Assembly: GCA_030390025.1 (NCBI GenBank)
Contig: CM059431.1
Coordinates: 144,648,001 to 144,712,000, forward strand
DNA length: 64,000 bases
DNA from: Squalus acanthias
Lineage: Eukaryota
Direction of reading: 5' to 3'
The notes under the pieces are model-generated. The model searched no databases, was not told the origin of the DNA, and saw only the letters and a list, made by a program, of their open reading frames with translations. This document shows positions 12,202 to 23,239 of the stretch, one piece after another. The translations under genes were made by a program, and so were the position numbers. Numbering within the stretch: position 1 is the stretch's first letter; every line of letters starts with the position of its first letter.

Positions 12202-12373
12202 GGCCTCGTCCAGAGGGGACCGACCGAGGCCTCGTCCAGAGGGGGAGAAGGTGGGATGTACTTTAGAGAAACCATTATTGAATATATTAAGACAATGAAG
12301 TCAGTTATTGAAAATGTCGAGGAGATCAGGCGTGAGCTGAAGTAAGCGGTGGAGATTTATTAACACAACACAG

Positions 12374-12690
12374 GGACAACAACAATAACTTGCATTTATA
12401 TAGCGGCTTTAATGTAATGAAAGGACACAAGGCAATTAGCAGACAAAATTTGACACTGAGCCACAGAGATTTTAGGAGACATGGCCCAAAGCTCGGTGAA
12501 ACTGATAGGTTTTAAAAAGCGTTTAAAGGAGGAGGAGAGAGAGGTAGAGCTGCGAAGAGATTTAGGGCGGGAATTCCAGAGTTTAGGGCCTTGGCAGCTG
12601 AAGTCATGGCGCCAATGTGGAGCAACGAAAATCGAGGATGTGCAACAGGTCAGAGGAGTGAAGAGATCTCGGAGGGTTGTAGGGAAACTT
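12374..12690 (-). mobile_element. L2 LINE 3' end fragment
   Basis: Minus strand ends GCTATATAAATGCAAGTTATTGTTGTTG; PKLWNS motif. Confidence 0.7.
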
Positions 12691-12709
12691 GTTACACAGT
12701 GCGACTCCA

Positions 12710-13028
12710 CAGGGACACTTGTTACAGAGTCTGACTCCTCACTGGGAGAGACACACACTGTACACAGGGACACTTGTTACAGAGTCTGACTCCTCACTGG
12801 GAGAGACACACACTGTACACAGGGACACTTGTTACAGAGTCTGACTCCTCACTGGGAGAGACACACACTGTACACAGGGACACTTGTTACAGAGTCTGAC
12901 TCCTCACTGGGAGAGACACACACTGTACACAGGGACACTTGTTACAGAGTCTGACTCCTCACTGGGAGAGACACACACTGTACACAGGGACACTTGTTAC
13001 AGAGTCAGACTCCTCACTGGGAGAGACA
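12710..13028. repeat. 55-bp minisatellite, ~5.7 copies
   Basis: Unit acttgttacagagtctgactcctcactgggagagacacacactgtacacagggac, period 55. Confidence 0.95.
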
Positions 13029-13329
13029 CCCAGGATTACTGAGTGCAATTGTCAGTGTCGCACTGTAGCCCAGACTGAGCCCCACCCTGGGCCCTTCCTG
13101 TCTGTGCATTTCCCCAGTGCCCCATTGGGGAACATTCAGCCCTGGATATCCTGCAGAAGCAGCGCTGTGGGGCCGGGCGGCTGAGTCTCGTGACCCTGTG
13201 TCTGGGCCTCTGACCTCACAATGGGAGATGACGCTCGCTCAGCTCGAGCTGGTAACACTTAAATTAAAATCAAATCATCGGCCTGAAATGGTCATATAAT
13301 GAGAGCAGTGACGTCATCAATTGAAATGT

Positions 13330-13417
13330 TCACACATCCACACTCAGTCCCCGTCTTGTTCCCTGAAGTGACTTCAGCTGTTTCTCTCCGTTTGAACTGA
13401 ACTGATTCCTCGCCAGC
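13330..13417 (-). CDS. NLR terminal exon
   Basis: ttcag| LARNQFSSNGEKQLKSLQGTRRGLSVDV* (TGA 13330-13332). Confidence 0.8.
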
Positions 13418-13580
13418 CTGAAACAGATTAAAGATTAAACAGGAAATAACCAGATTGAACAACAGTGTAAATAACAGGGAGACTGGGGTTAATATTTCAA
13501 TAATAATTACAGACAAATATTACCCATAAAAGTGATTGAATCCCATCTATTATTACATTAAACGTTACACAAACACTCAC

Positions 13581-13747
13581 TGGATCCACTTCAGACTCCT
13601 GCAGGTCAGTATGAGGCGGCGGAGAGCAGGGACAGATCGGTCTGTGAAGAGTTTGATCCCAGGTCCAGAAGCGTCAGTGAGCGGTTTGTACTGAGAGCGG
13701 AGACAAGATCCTCGGCACCAGAATCTGTGACATTGACATCATTCAGC
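13581..13747 (-). CDS. NLR LRR exon, 167 bp with apparent 1-nt deletion
   Basis: [32 protein letters not shown], then the frame shifts relative to FTDRSVPALRRLILTCRSLKWI; donor gtgagt. Confidence 0.8.
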
Positions 13748-13885
13748 CTGGGGATCAGAGAGAGAAATAACAGGAATCAGAGTAAACCCCCAGAGTTTAT
13801 TAATAACACTATTACTGATACTAATAATGTACAGTGTCAGACATCCAGTTATTATAAACACAATCTCTCACAGTCTGGTACTTAC

Positions 13886-14056
13886 CCCAGTTCCTGTATT
13901 TTACAGTCCGGGTTCCTCAGAGCCACAGACAGTAGTTTCACTCCTGAATCTCACAGTTTATTATCACTCAGGTCTAGAATCATCAGTGACCGGTTTGTAC
14001 TGAGAGCGGAGGCGAGATCCTCGACACAAGAAGCTGAGAGACCGACACCACCCAGC
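13886..14056 (-). CDS. NLR LRR exon, 171 bp with in-frame TGA
   Basis: [58 protein letters not shown] at 13951-13953 where sister exons have GGA. Confidence 0.9.
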
Positions 14057-14190
14057 CTGGGGATGAGAGAGAAATAAGGAATCAGAGTAAATCCCCAGAG
14101 TTTATTAATAACACTATTACTGATACTAATAATGTACAGTGTCAGACATCCAGTTATTATAAACACAATCTCAAACAGTCTGTCACTTAC

Positions 14191-14361
14191 CACAGTTCCT
14201 GTATTTTACAGTCCGGGTTCCTCAGAGTCACAGACAATAGTTTCACTCCTGAATCTCCCAGTTTATTAAAACTCAGGTTCAGATCCGTCAATGACCGGTT
14301 TGTACTGAGAGCGGAGGCGAGATCCACGGTACAAGAATCTGTGAGACCGACAGCCCGTAGC
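14191..14361 (-). CDS. NLR LRR exon, 171 bp, intact
   Basis: [60 protein letters not shown] present. Confidence 0.9.
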
Positions 14362-14451
14362 CTGTGATCAGAGAGAAATAACAGGAATCAGGGTAAATCC
14401 AGTGTGTTTATTAATAACACTATTACTGACACTAATAATAATGTACAGTGT

Positions 14452-14484
14452 GCACAAGAATCTGTGAGACCGACATCCCATAGC
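14452..14484 (-). pseudogene. Truncated LRR exon remnant (acceptor kept, donor deleted)
   Basis: tcccag| LWDVGLTDSC joined directly to intron sequence acactgtacatt. Confidence 0.85.
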
Positions 14485-14620
14485 CTGGGATCAGAGAGAA
14501 ATAAAAGGAATCAGAGTAAATCCCCAGTGTTTATTAATAACACTATTACTGATACTAATAATAATTTACAGTGCCAGATACCCGGTTATTATAAACACAA
14601 TCTCAGAGTCTGGTACTTAC

Positions 14621-14791
14621 CCCAGTTCCTGTATTTTACAGTCCGGGTTCCTCAGAGCCACAGACAATAGTTTCACTCCTGAATCTCCCAGTTTATTATT
14701 ACTCAGGTCCAGATCCGTCAGTGAGCGGTTTGTACTGAGAGCGGAGGCGAGATCCCCGGCACAAGAACCTGTTAGACCGATATTATTCAGC
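14621..14791 (-). CDS. NLR LRR exon, 171 bp, intact
   Basis: [56 protein letters not shown]. Confidence 0.9.
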
Positions 14792-14929
14792 CTGGGGATC
14801 AGAGAGAGAAATAACAGGAATCAGAGTAAACCACCAGAGTTTATTAATAACACTGTTACGGATACTGATAATAATTTACAGTGTCAGACATCCAGTTATA
14901 AACACAATCTCACACAGTGTGGTACTTAC

Positions 14930-15016
14930 TCCAGTTCCTGTATTTTACAGTCCGGGTTCCTCAGAGCCGCAGACAGTAGTTTCACTCCTGAATCGGCCAG
15001 TTTATTGCGGCTCAGT
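14930..15016 (-). CDS. NLR first LRR exon, 87 bp
   Basis: tttag| [28 protein letters not shown] |gtaagt; phase matches the NACHT exon. Confidence 0.9.
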
Positions 15017-15139
15017 CTAAACACAAACAGAGAGTGAGAAACAAACTGAATCAAAGCCCGGAACTGATATATTTTTCAATCTCGGATATTACAGTAATCA
15101 CGGAAAGTACTTCAGGTCATCAATAACCCGGTTTCCCCC

Positions 15140-18100
15140 CGCGATTTCCCTCCGTGGGCGGGTCGGGTGCTTCCGGGGTCGGTGGCGGGTCGGGTGCGGC
15201 TGGGGTCGGGTCGGGTGCGGCCGGGGTCGGTGGCGGGTCGGGTGCGGCTGGGAGCGGGTCGGTGGTGGGCCGGGTGCTTCCGGGGTCGGTGGCGGGTCGG
15301 GTCGGGTGCGGCCGGGGTCGGTGGCGGGTCGGGTGCGGCCGGGGTCGGTGGCGGGTCGGGTGCGGCCGGGGTCGGTGGCGGGTCGGGTGCGGCCGGGGTC
15401 GGTGGCGGGTCGGGTGCGGCCGGGGTCGGTGGCGGGTCGGCTGCGGCGGTGCGGCCGGGGTCGGTGGAGGGTCGGGTGCGGCCGGGGTCGGGTCGGGTGC
15501 GGACGGGAGCAGGTCGGGTCGGGTGCGGCCGGTGGCGGGTTGGGTGGGGCCGGGGTCGGTGGCGGGTTGGCTGGGGCCGGGGGCGGGTCGGGTGCGGCCG
15601 GGGTCGGGTCGTGTCCGGTGTGGCCGGGGTCGGTGGCGGGTCGGGTGCGGCCGGGAGCGGGTGCGGCCGGGGGTCGGTGGCGGGTCGGGAGCGGCCGGGG
15701 TCGGTGGCGGGTCGGGTGCGGCCGGGGTCGGGTCGGGTGCGGTCGTAGGCGTGTCGGATGCGGCTGGGAGCGAGTCGGGTCGGCTGCGGCCGGGGTCGGT
15801 GGCGGGTCGGGTGCGGCAGGGGTCGGGTCGGGTGCGGCCGGGGTCGGTGCCGGGTCGGGTGCTGCCGGGGTCGGTGCCGGGTCGGGTGCGGCAGGGGTCG
15901 GGGGCGGGTCGGGTGCGGCCGGGGTCGAGTCTGGTGCAGCCGGGAGCGGTTCGGGTCGGGTGCGGCCGGGGTCGGGGGTGAGTCGGGTCGGGTGCGGCCG
16001 GGGTCGGGTCGGTGGCGGGTCGGGTGCGGCCGGGGTCGGGTCGGGTGCTGCCGGGGTCGGGGCCGGGGTCGGGTCGGGTGCGGCCGGGGTCGAGTCTGGT
16101 GATGCCGGGGTCGGGGGCGGGTCGGGTGAGGCCGGGAGCTGGTCAGGTCGGGTGCGGCCGGGAGCGGGTCGGGTGCGGCCGGGGTCGGTGGCGGGTCGGG
16201 TGCGGCCGGGGTCGGTGGCGGCCGGGTGCGGGTCAGGTCGGGTGCGGCCGGGGTCGGTGGCGGCTCGGGTGCGTCCGGGAGCGGGGCGGGTCGGGTGCGG
16301 CCGGGGTCGGTGGCGGCCGGGAGCGGGTCGGGTCGGGTGCGGCCGGGTTCGGTGGCGGGTCGGGTGCGGCCGGGAGCGGGGCGGGTCGGGTGCGGCCGGG
16401 GTCGGTGGCGGGTCGGGTGCGGCCGGGGTCGGTGGTCTGTTCGGCTGCGGCCGGGGTCGGTGGCGGGTCGGGTGCGGCCGGGGTCGGTGGAGGGTCGGGT
16501 GCGGCCGGGGTCGGGTCGGTGGCGGATCGGGTGCGGATCGGGGTCAGTGGCGGGTCGCGGCCTCGCTCTGGTGAATTGGAGGAAGTGGGTTTGATGACGT
16601 CATTTGATGACGCGCACATTGAGTTTGACCATTGTGATGTCAGTGTTCTACAGTATTGAGGTGCTGCAAACACTGACAAACTCTGCACAGAGGAGCACGG
16701 CTGCACCCAGGCTCTCCCATAACTCCCTCCATGTGCTTATGGAGGGTGCCACTGCACGCAGGGAGGTTCTCTTCACTTCCAATGGGCGGAAGAGACCAAC
16801 ACAGCCCGGTTGCACAGTGGGGCTCAAGCAGGAATGTCGTCAGGACCAGGCTGCAGTGGGGCAAACCTTTCAATGATCTCAGTAGATCACGAAACGTTAC
16901 TGCAAAATCCTCCCTGAACCTCATCCTGCTGTGCCACTCATCACATCCCCATCGCTCTGCCTTCCCTACCCTACTCCTGCACATTCCTACTCAAACCAAC
17001 TTACCCTGCACCTCCACCCATCCCCCTCTATCTATATTATCACATCTCCATCTCACTAGCCACCCCTCACACTCACCCTCATCCTAGTCCAATCATACCA
17101 GCTAACACACAAGGGTAGGCACATGTGTGTTTTAGCCAACGTTCATGTGAAGTTTGTTAATGTGATGTCAAACATTGAAATTTTTATTTTCAACACTTTC
17201 CGTTCTTCGACAGAGTTGCGTGCACTTTGGAAGTGGCTTAGTGAGTTGCAGTGAATGGTGAGACATAACGGTATCCCCCGCAATGCTGATGAGTGTGACA
17301 GGAATGGTTTGGGCATTGTCGGGCTGCTTTATGTTGCTGGTGTGGGCTGGTGCCAACCTGGCGCATCATGTGGCATCCAGGGCGTGCAGTGTCGAGTGAA
17401 GAAAATCTGGCCATGGTGAGGCCATCTCTGGCGTCCCGGTCAGCAATGTGGATGGGTGTTGATGCCCTCTGTGCTGTGCAGCATCAGGAGTTGCGGAGCA
17501 GGTTGGTGTTGTTGTTGGTGCTACTGCTGTGCCTGGTGCTGCAGGTGTTGGGGCTGATCGTGGTGGGACTCTGAGGCCCAAGGTGAGACAGTATAAACCA
17601 TACCCATGCTGATGTAATAGATGGCAGGTGAACTTGAGATGACAGAAACGATCTGTCAATGGTGAGAGAGGTTGTTCCATTGAGGGGACACTGGATAGAG
17701 AGTTTGCTCCAAACACTTGCAACCTGCATAAAGCTCAATCTGTCTTCAAAATGCAGTAAGCAACAGCTTCTGAGCTTGGAAAGTGAACAGCTGTGAGATG
17801 GGAGCGTTTATAGCACATTTCCAGCTGTCAAGTAATGAGATGATTCCATGGCCAGTCACCTTCCGCACTGCTTACCTGACGTGATCCCCGAGCAGCGAGG
17901 ACCAAGTGGGCGACGTGGTAAACTCTGAAGTTGAGCTAAAATAGTTAATCCTTTGTTAACAAAGGTCATAATGACCTGAATTGCCTCCCCCGCCGCTACA
18001 GGTTGGGTCTGCTCAGCGGCAGACCCGACATTTGGGAAAGGTGCGTGGCGGGGGGTTGACAGCGGGGTCCTGACCCGCTGGGAAAAAATCCAGTTTCTCA

Positions 18101-18148
18101 CCCGACCCGCCACTGATCGTGCCCGCTGACCCCCGCGAAATTCCCCCC
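15140..18148. mobile_element. Internally deleted PIF/Harbinger-type DNA transposon in the NLR intron
   Basis: Frameshifted Myb/SANT-like ORF at ~16690-16893 (APRLSHNSLHVLMEGATARREVLF...RTRLQWGKPFNDLSRS), possible convergent transposase ends at ~17400-17610, right terminus GAAATTCCCCCC. Left TIR not clear. Confidence 0.7.
15154..16560. repeat. Extremely G-rich expanded repeat (GGGTC core; ~27-nt unit ggggtcggtggcgggtcgggtgcggcc)
   Basis: Directly visible ~1.4-kb array, almost devoid of A on the plus strand. Confidence 0.95.
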
Positions 18149-18549
18149 TATTCATGTCACTGGGAATGAATCTCACTCTGAACAACTGCCCATATATTCA
18201 GGGACTGTCAGTAAATGTATTTATTAAATAAAGTGCTGTCTGGGTGACACCTTTAAATGTCCCTCAGTCCAGTCTCATTCCCTGATGATCAGAATTACCC
18301 TCCTGGAGCTCAGTGACCGGCCCCGTCATGTTCGGAGAAACTTGTCTCATTTCTGCTGCTCCTTAAATCACGGATTTTATGGGAATGGGGCGATTTTCCC
18401 CGAATTAAATGATAAAGCGGTGATTCCCTGTACTTTATACACTGTGCATTATATTAATCTGTTTAATATCGCGGGGTGAGTTATATAGTGAGCTAACTGC
18501 TGCTGTAAAATCTGTCCCCCAGGATTTTATATAACAGGGAGAATTTATA

Positions 18550-19822
18550 CTGAAATAACAGAAAATGCTGGAAATACCCAGCAGGTCAGGCAGCATCTAT
18601 AGAGAGAGAAACGAGTTAATGTTTCAGGTGGAGGACCCTTCGTCAGAACTGGAAAAAGTTACAGATGTAACAGGTTTTTAAGCAAGTGTAGGGGCAGGGA
18701 AAGGTGGGGGGGAGCGGAGGAAAGAACAAAAGGGAAGGTCTGTGATAGGGTGGAAGACAGGAGAGATTAAAAGACAAAAGGGATGATGGTGCAAGCAAAA
18801 GGAGATGGAAATGGGACAAGTTAAGAAAGAAAAGATGAATCTAGATGAGGTGTGCATGGCAATGGCAGAATCAACTGCTGTCATGCGAGAGAAAAAAGGG
18901 AAAAGGAAAAACAATGAAAAAAATAAAACAGGGGCCGAGTTTATAGACTGAAATTGTTGAACTCGATGTTGAGTCCAGAAGGCTGTAAAGTGCCTAATTG
19001 AAAGATGAGGTACCGTTCCACGATCTTATGTTGTACTTTTTGGAAGAGTGTAAGATGCCGAGGACGGAGAGGCCGGAGTGGGAGTGGAGCGGAGAATTAA
19101 AGCGATAGGCGACCAGAAGCTCAGGGTCAACCTTACGGACTGAACGGAGGTGTTCCGCAAATGGGTCACCCAATCTGCGTTTGGTCTCCCAGTGTAGAGG
19201 AGACCGCATCGTGAGCAGCGAATACAGTATACTAAATTGCAAGTAGTACAAGTAAATCGCTGTTTCACCTGGAAGGAGTGTTTGGGGCCCTGGACAGTGG
19301 GAAGGGAAGAGGTAAAAGGGCAGGTGTTGCATCTCCTGCGCTTGCACGGAAAGGTGCCGTGGGAAGGGGAAGGGGTGTTGGGGGTGATTGAGGAGTGGAC
19401 CAGGGTGTCGTGGAGGGAGCGGTCCCTTCAGAATGCTGAAAGGGGAGGTGAGGGGAAGATGTGTTTGGTGGTGGGATCACGCTGGAGGTGGCGGAAATGG
19501 CGGAGGATGATCCGGTGAATGCGGAGGCTGGCAGGGTGAAAGGTGTGGACAAGTGGAACCGTATCGTGGTTCCGGGAGGGAGGGGAAGGGGTGAGAGCAG
19601 AAGTGCGGGAAATAGAATGGACACGGTCAAGAGCCACGTCAACCATGGCAGAGGGGAATCCTCGGTTGAGGAAAAAGGAAGACATGTCGGAAGCACTTGT
19701 ATGGAACGTGGGATCGTCAGAGACAGAAAACTGGGAGAATGGACTAGAGTCCTTACAGGAAGCGAGTTTGGAGGAAGTGTATTCCAGGTAGCTGTGGGAG
19801 TCAGAGGGCTGATAGTGAATGT
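18550..19822 (-). mobile_element. Penelope-like retroelement, 5'-truncated (RT C-terminus, GIY-YIG endonuclease, pseudo-LTR)
   Basis: FTCTTCNLVYCIRCSRCGLLY-ETKRRLGDPFAEHLRSV (GIY-YIG) and PSDSHSYLEYTSS...FFLNRGFP. Confidence 0.9.
18614..18650 (-). ncRNA. Minimal hammerhead ribozyme motif in the Penelope terminus (slightly decayed)
   Basis: AGTT-CTGACGA-AGGGTCCTCCACCT-GAAACATT-AACT: core CUGANGA/GAAA, stem I AGTT/AACT. Confidence 0.6.
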
Positions 19823-20739
19823 TTCTCAATAGCAGCAATAGAGTTTGTTCTGTCCTGGCACAAGTTTTAAATGTCCCTGTGCACCTAGTTTATAGGGGAG
19901 GGGAGTCTCTCACTTTATTCCCCTTTAAACTGGCTCTACATTTATTTCAGGTGAAACTGGCCCGTCAGTTTTTGGGGAACTTTCGGAAGTTCCCTCCCCG
20001 AGCGGGCCCTCACACGCAGGGGGCGGATTATGGGGAATTCCCGGGTTCACTGCCCCCGGTTTACCCAGGAGCCGCCCGCTGTGTGCGAGGCCCCACCGCT
20101 GGTCGGTGTGTGTCTGTACTCCGGGGCTCATACCCCACAACTCGTTAGATTGGAAACATATTACCAGCAGATTTAAGATCCTGAATAACTATCTTTACTC
20201 AATGTTCAGGACTGTGTATAGTTGTCAACATTTACAGCTGAAAGAATTCCCGATTCCCCAATATTCCCAATCCAGGAAACTACCCCCTCGACAAGGCACA
20301 CCCTGCACGGTATTGGAGTAAATATCGAACTGTTACGGATTTAAACTCGGGTTTCTCTCCTGTTTCCAGTTGAAATGGTGGATGTGGAAAACATTTTAAA
20401 TTAATTTTATCTTTACTGCCGGATTATATTTCATGTTTACATTCCACTGTCCAGCCTTATTAAATATGACTTATTGTAATTAAATTATCAGACTCTCAGT
20501 GACCTGTATTTGCTGATCTGATAAAGACTGTAAAATCCCTACTTGTTCACAAGGATCCATTTTAGATTTTCCAGTCCTTGGGAATTACTGACCGATCCTC
20601 TTATTATGAGTCATATTTGTGTTGAATCTGCTTCTCTCTGGTTTAACTGAACTGTTTGTTTCCCTTCATTACGGAGCAACAACACAATCTGTGACTGTTC
20701 TACAATTCGCCCAACAGTTAGAGACAAATAAACAGTTAC

Positions 20740-22477
20740 CTCAACTCCCGGCATTTGTGCAGTACGGGTCCCAGCCGCTGGAGTCCTTCACACAGAATGT
20801 GGCAGTATTGTAGATCGAGTGTTTTTATTGTATCACAGAGTCCAATGACGTGAGACAGGATCGCACAGTCAATCGGGGTCAATGTCAATCCACTAAATGT
20901 AAGTGATTCCACAGATCCCACTGTTTTCCGAGCCAGTGCTTTATTCTGAGACTCAAACAAGTAGTGGAATGTGTTCAGGAGGTTCCTTTTACCAGTTTCA
21001 CTCTCTGTGTTTCCAATCTGTCCTTCAACCTTCTCCTTCACCCAATCAATCACTCGGCAGATGGTTCGATGAAGGAATGAACCCAGAAACTCCTCCAGGG
21101 GCCGAGCTGACTGTGGGGAGGAGAGACCAGCAACAAAACGGAGAAATATCTCAAATCGCCCATCTTCCTTGCTGTGGGCTTCTCTGAGGAGTTTCAGGAT
21201 ATCCCCGGGATCTGGAGTCAGAAATTGTGCGAGTGCAGCTACAAACTCTTGCATGCTGAGATGCGGGAATGTGTACACCACGCTCTGGGCAGAATCAACT
21301 CTCTCCAAAAGTTCCATCATGAACCCAGACAGGAACTGGGAAGGTTGCAGATTGTACTTGATCAAATCTCCATTTCCAAACACAATCTTCTTCTCGGAGA
21401 CTCCTGTGAAGGCCATCTCAGCAAGCTTCAGTAACACATCACGGGGGCTTTCAATCTCTCGGCCATGGTTTTTCAGAATGTTGTAAATATAGTAGGAATA
21501 TAGTTGGGTGATGGTCTTGGGAACTCGGTGCTGTTCCCTGTCTCTTTGTGTAAAGAAGGGGCCCAGTGCCAGACCGAGGATCCAGCAGTAGGAAGGGTTG
21601 TAGCACATGGTGTACAGGATCTCGTTCTCCTCCACATGTTTGAAAACAGCTGCTGCCACTGTCTGATCTTCAAAAAACTTGTTGAAATATTCCTTCCGTT
21701 CATCACCAACAAATCCCAGGATTTCAGCCCAGACACTGATCTCAGCCTTTTCCAATAAATGTAATTCAGTGGGGCGGCTGGTCACGAGCACTGAACATCC
21801 TGGGAGCAGCTTGTGCTGTATTAAACTGTACACAATGTCAGACACTTCACATTGGCATTCGGGATCTGTGCACATGTGCTGAGGTTCTGTATTTCTCCGA
21901 TTGTCAGCAAAATCGATCCCGTCCTTGAATTCATCCAAACCATCGAATATAAACAGCAATCCCTCTGGGATGTTCCAGAGCTCTCCCAGAACATTCCCCA
22001 AGTAAGGATACAGATCCAGTATCAGATTCCTCAGGTTTATTCTACACTTAATAGCGTTCAAATCCCGGAATTTAAAGCAGAAAACAAATTGAAAGTGTGG
22101 GTATATTTTGCCAGTGGCCCAGTCATGAACAATCTTTTGTACCATTGTTGTTTTTCCAATCCCCGCGACTCCGCTCACTGCTGCTGAACTCCCAGATTTG
22201 GATTTTCTCCGGGAAAAACTGCTCTGGAACAACTGATCAGTTCGGATTTTTTCCAGTTCTCTCCGGAGATGTTTCTCTCTCCACTCTTCATGATCTCGGC
22301 CTCTTGCCAGCAGTTCATGTTCTACAAGTGTCCGATCTCGAACAGTAGAAATGACCGTTAGCTCAGCGTATCGATCAACCAGCTGGAAAACCTTAACCTT
22401 CTCCTTTATTAGGATAGTGTTCACTCTCAGTGTCTCAGTTTGTACCCGGAGTGTTTCCTTGTGTTTCTGTTGAACAT
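20740..22477 (-). CDS. NLR NACHT exon (FISNA, NACHT, WHD, HD2), open
   Basis: Walker A GVAGIGKT, Walker B LLFIFDGLDE, sensor VLVTSR, FPHLSMQEF; ttgaag| and |gtaac sites; 1738 bp with no stop. Confidence 0.97.
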
Positions 22478-22869
22478 CTTCAATTGAACAGACAGAAAGT
22501 GGTTCTCAATATTAGTTGTATTGACATAAAAACTTCTCAATACCATTTCACTATTCAGTAAAATAGCGCGATTTAATTCACAGCTTCAATAGAGGTGCGA
22601 GTAGAAATTAAAACTCAGTTAATGGAAACCTTGCTGGAAAGTGAACAATGGCCAAAAAATGTTTCAAATTCTCACTTGATTCTAATATTTACTGAACATG
22701 GAGATTCCTGAGTGATATTTTCCCTCTGATGGTTAATGCCATCAGCCCTGCTTTGTACTGTAGACGTCTCTTTTCCAATCCACACATGATCATGGTTATA
22801 CAACAGTCGTGGTTCCCATTGATCAATCTTTAAAGGGAGCAGCTAGAAGACACGAGAAGGAGGATAGGG

Positions 22870-23140
22870 GCAGACGGTGAATGGCCAGGAGTTCCACTGT
22901 AACTGTATCAGACCGTGGGAAGGTTATCTGGAGGATTGTGTGTACTGTGAGAGGGACAGACTGTGAATGGCCAGGAGTCCCACTGTCATTGTATCAGACC
23001 GTGGGAAGGTTATCTGGAGGATTGTGTGCACTGTGAGAGGGACAGACTGTGAATGGCCAGGAGTCCCACTGTCATTGTATCAAACCGTGGGAAGGTTATC
23101 TGGAGGATTGTGTGCACTGGGAGCGGGACAGACTCTAAGT
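22870..23140. repeat. 86-bp minisatellite, ~3 copies (degenerate copy also at ~24866-24970)
   Basis: gtgaatggccaggag at 22877, 22963, 23049. Confidence 0.9.
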
Positions 23141-23239
23141 GGTCAGAAGGTCCACTGTTCCTGTATGTTAGCTGGGGTATTGTGTGAACTGGGTCTGAAA
23201 CAGACTTAGTGGTCAGAAGTTCTAATCGGGGGTTTATTT

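Noticed and set aside
15154..16706. Long Gly/Ala/Ser- or Arg/Gly-rich ORFs resembling silk or collagen
   Set aside because: All frames are open because the G-rich repeat lacks stop codons; it lies within a transposon in an intron.
20736..22424. 562-aa ORF as a standalone single-exon gene
   Set aside because: It starts at GTG inside a larger exon bounded by splice sites (22477-20740).
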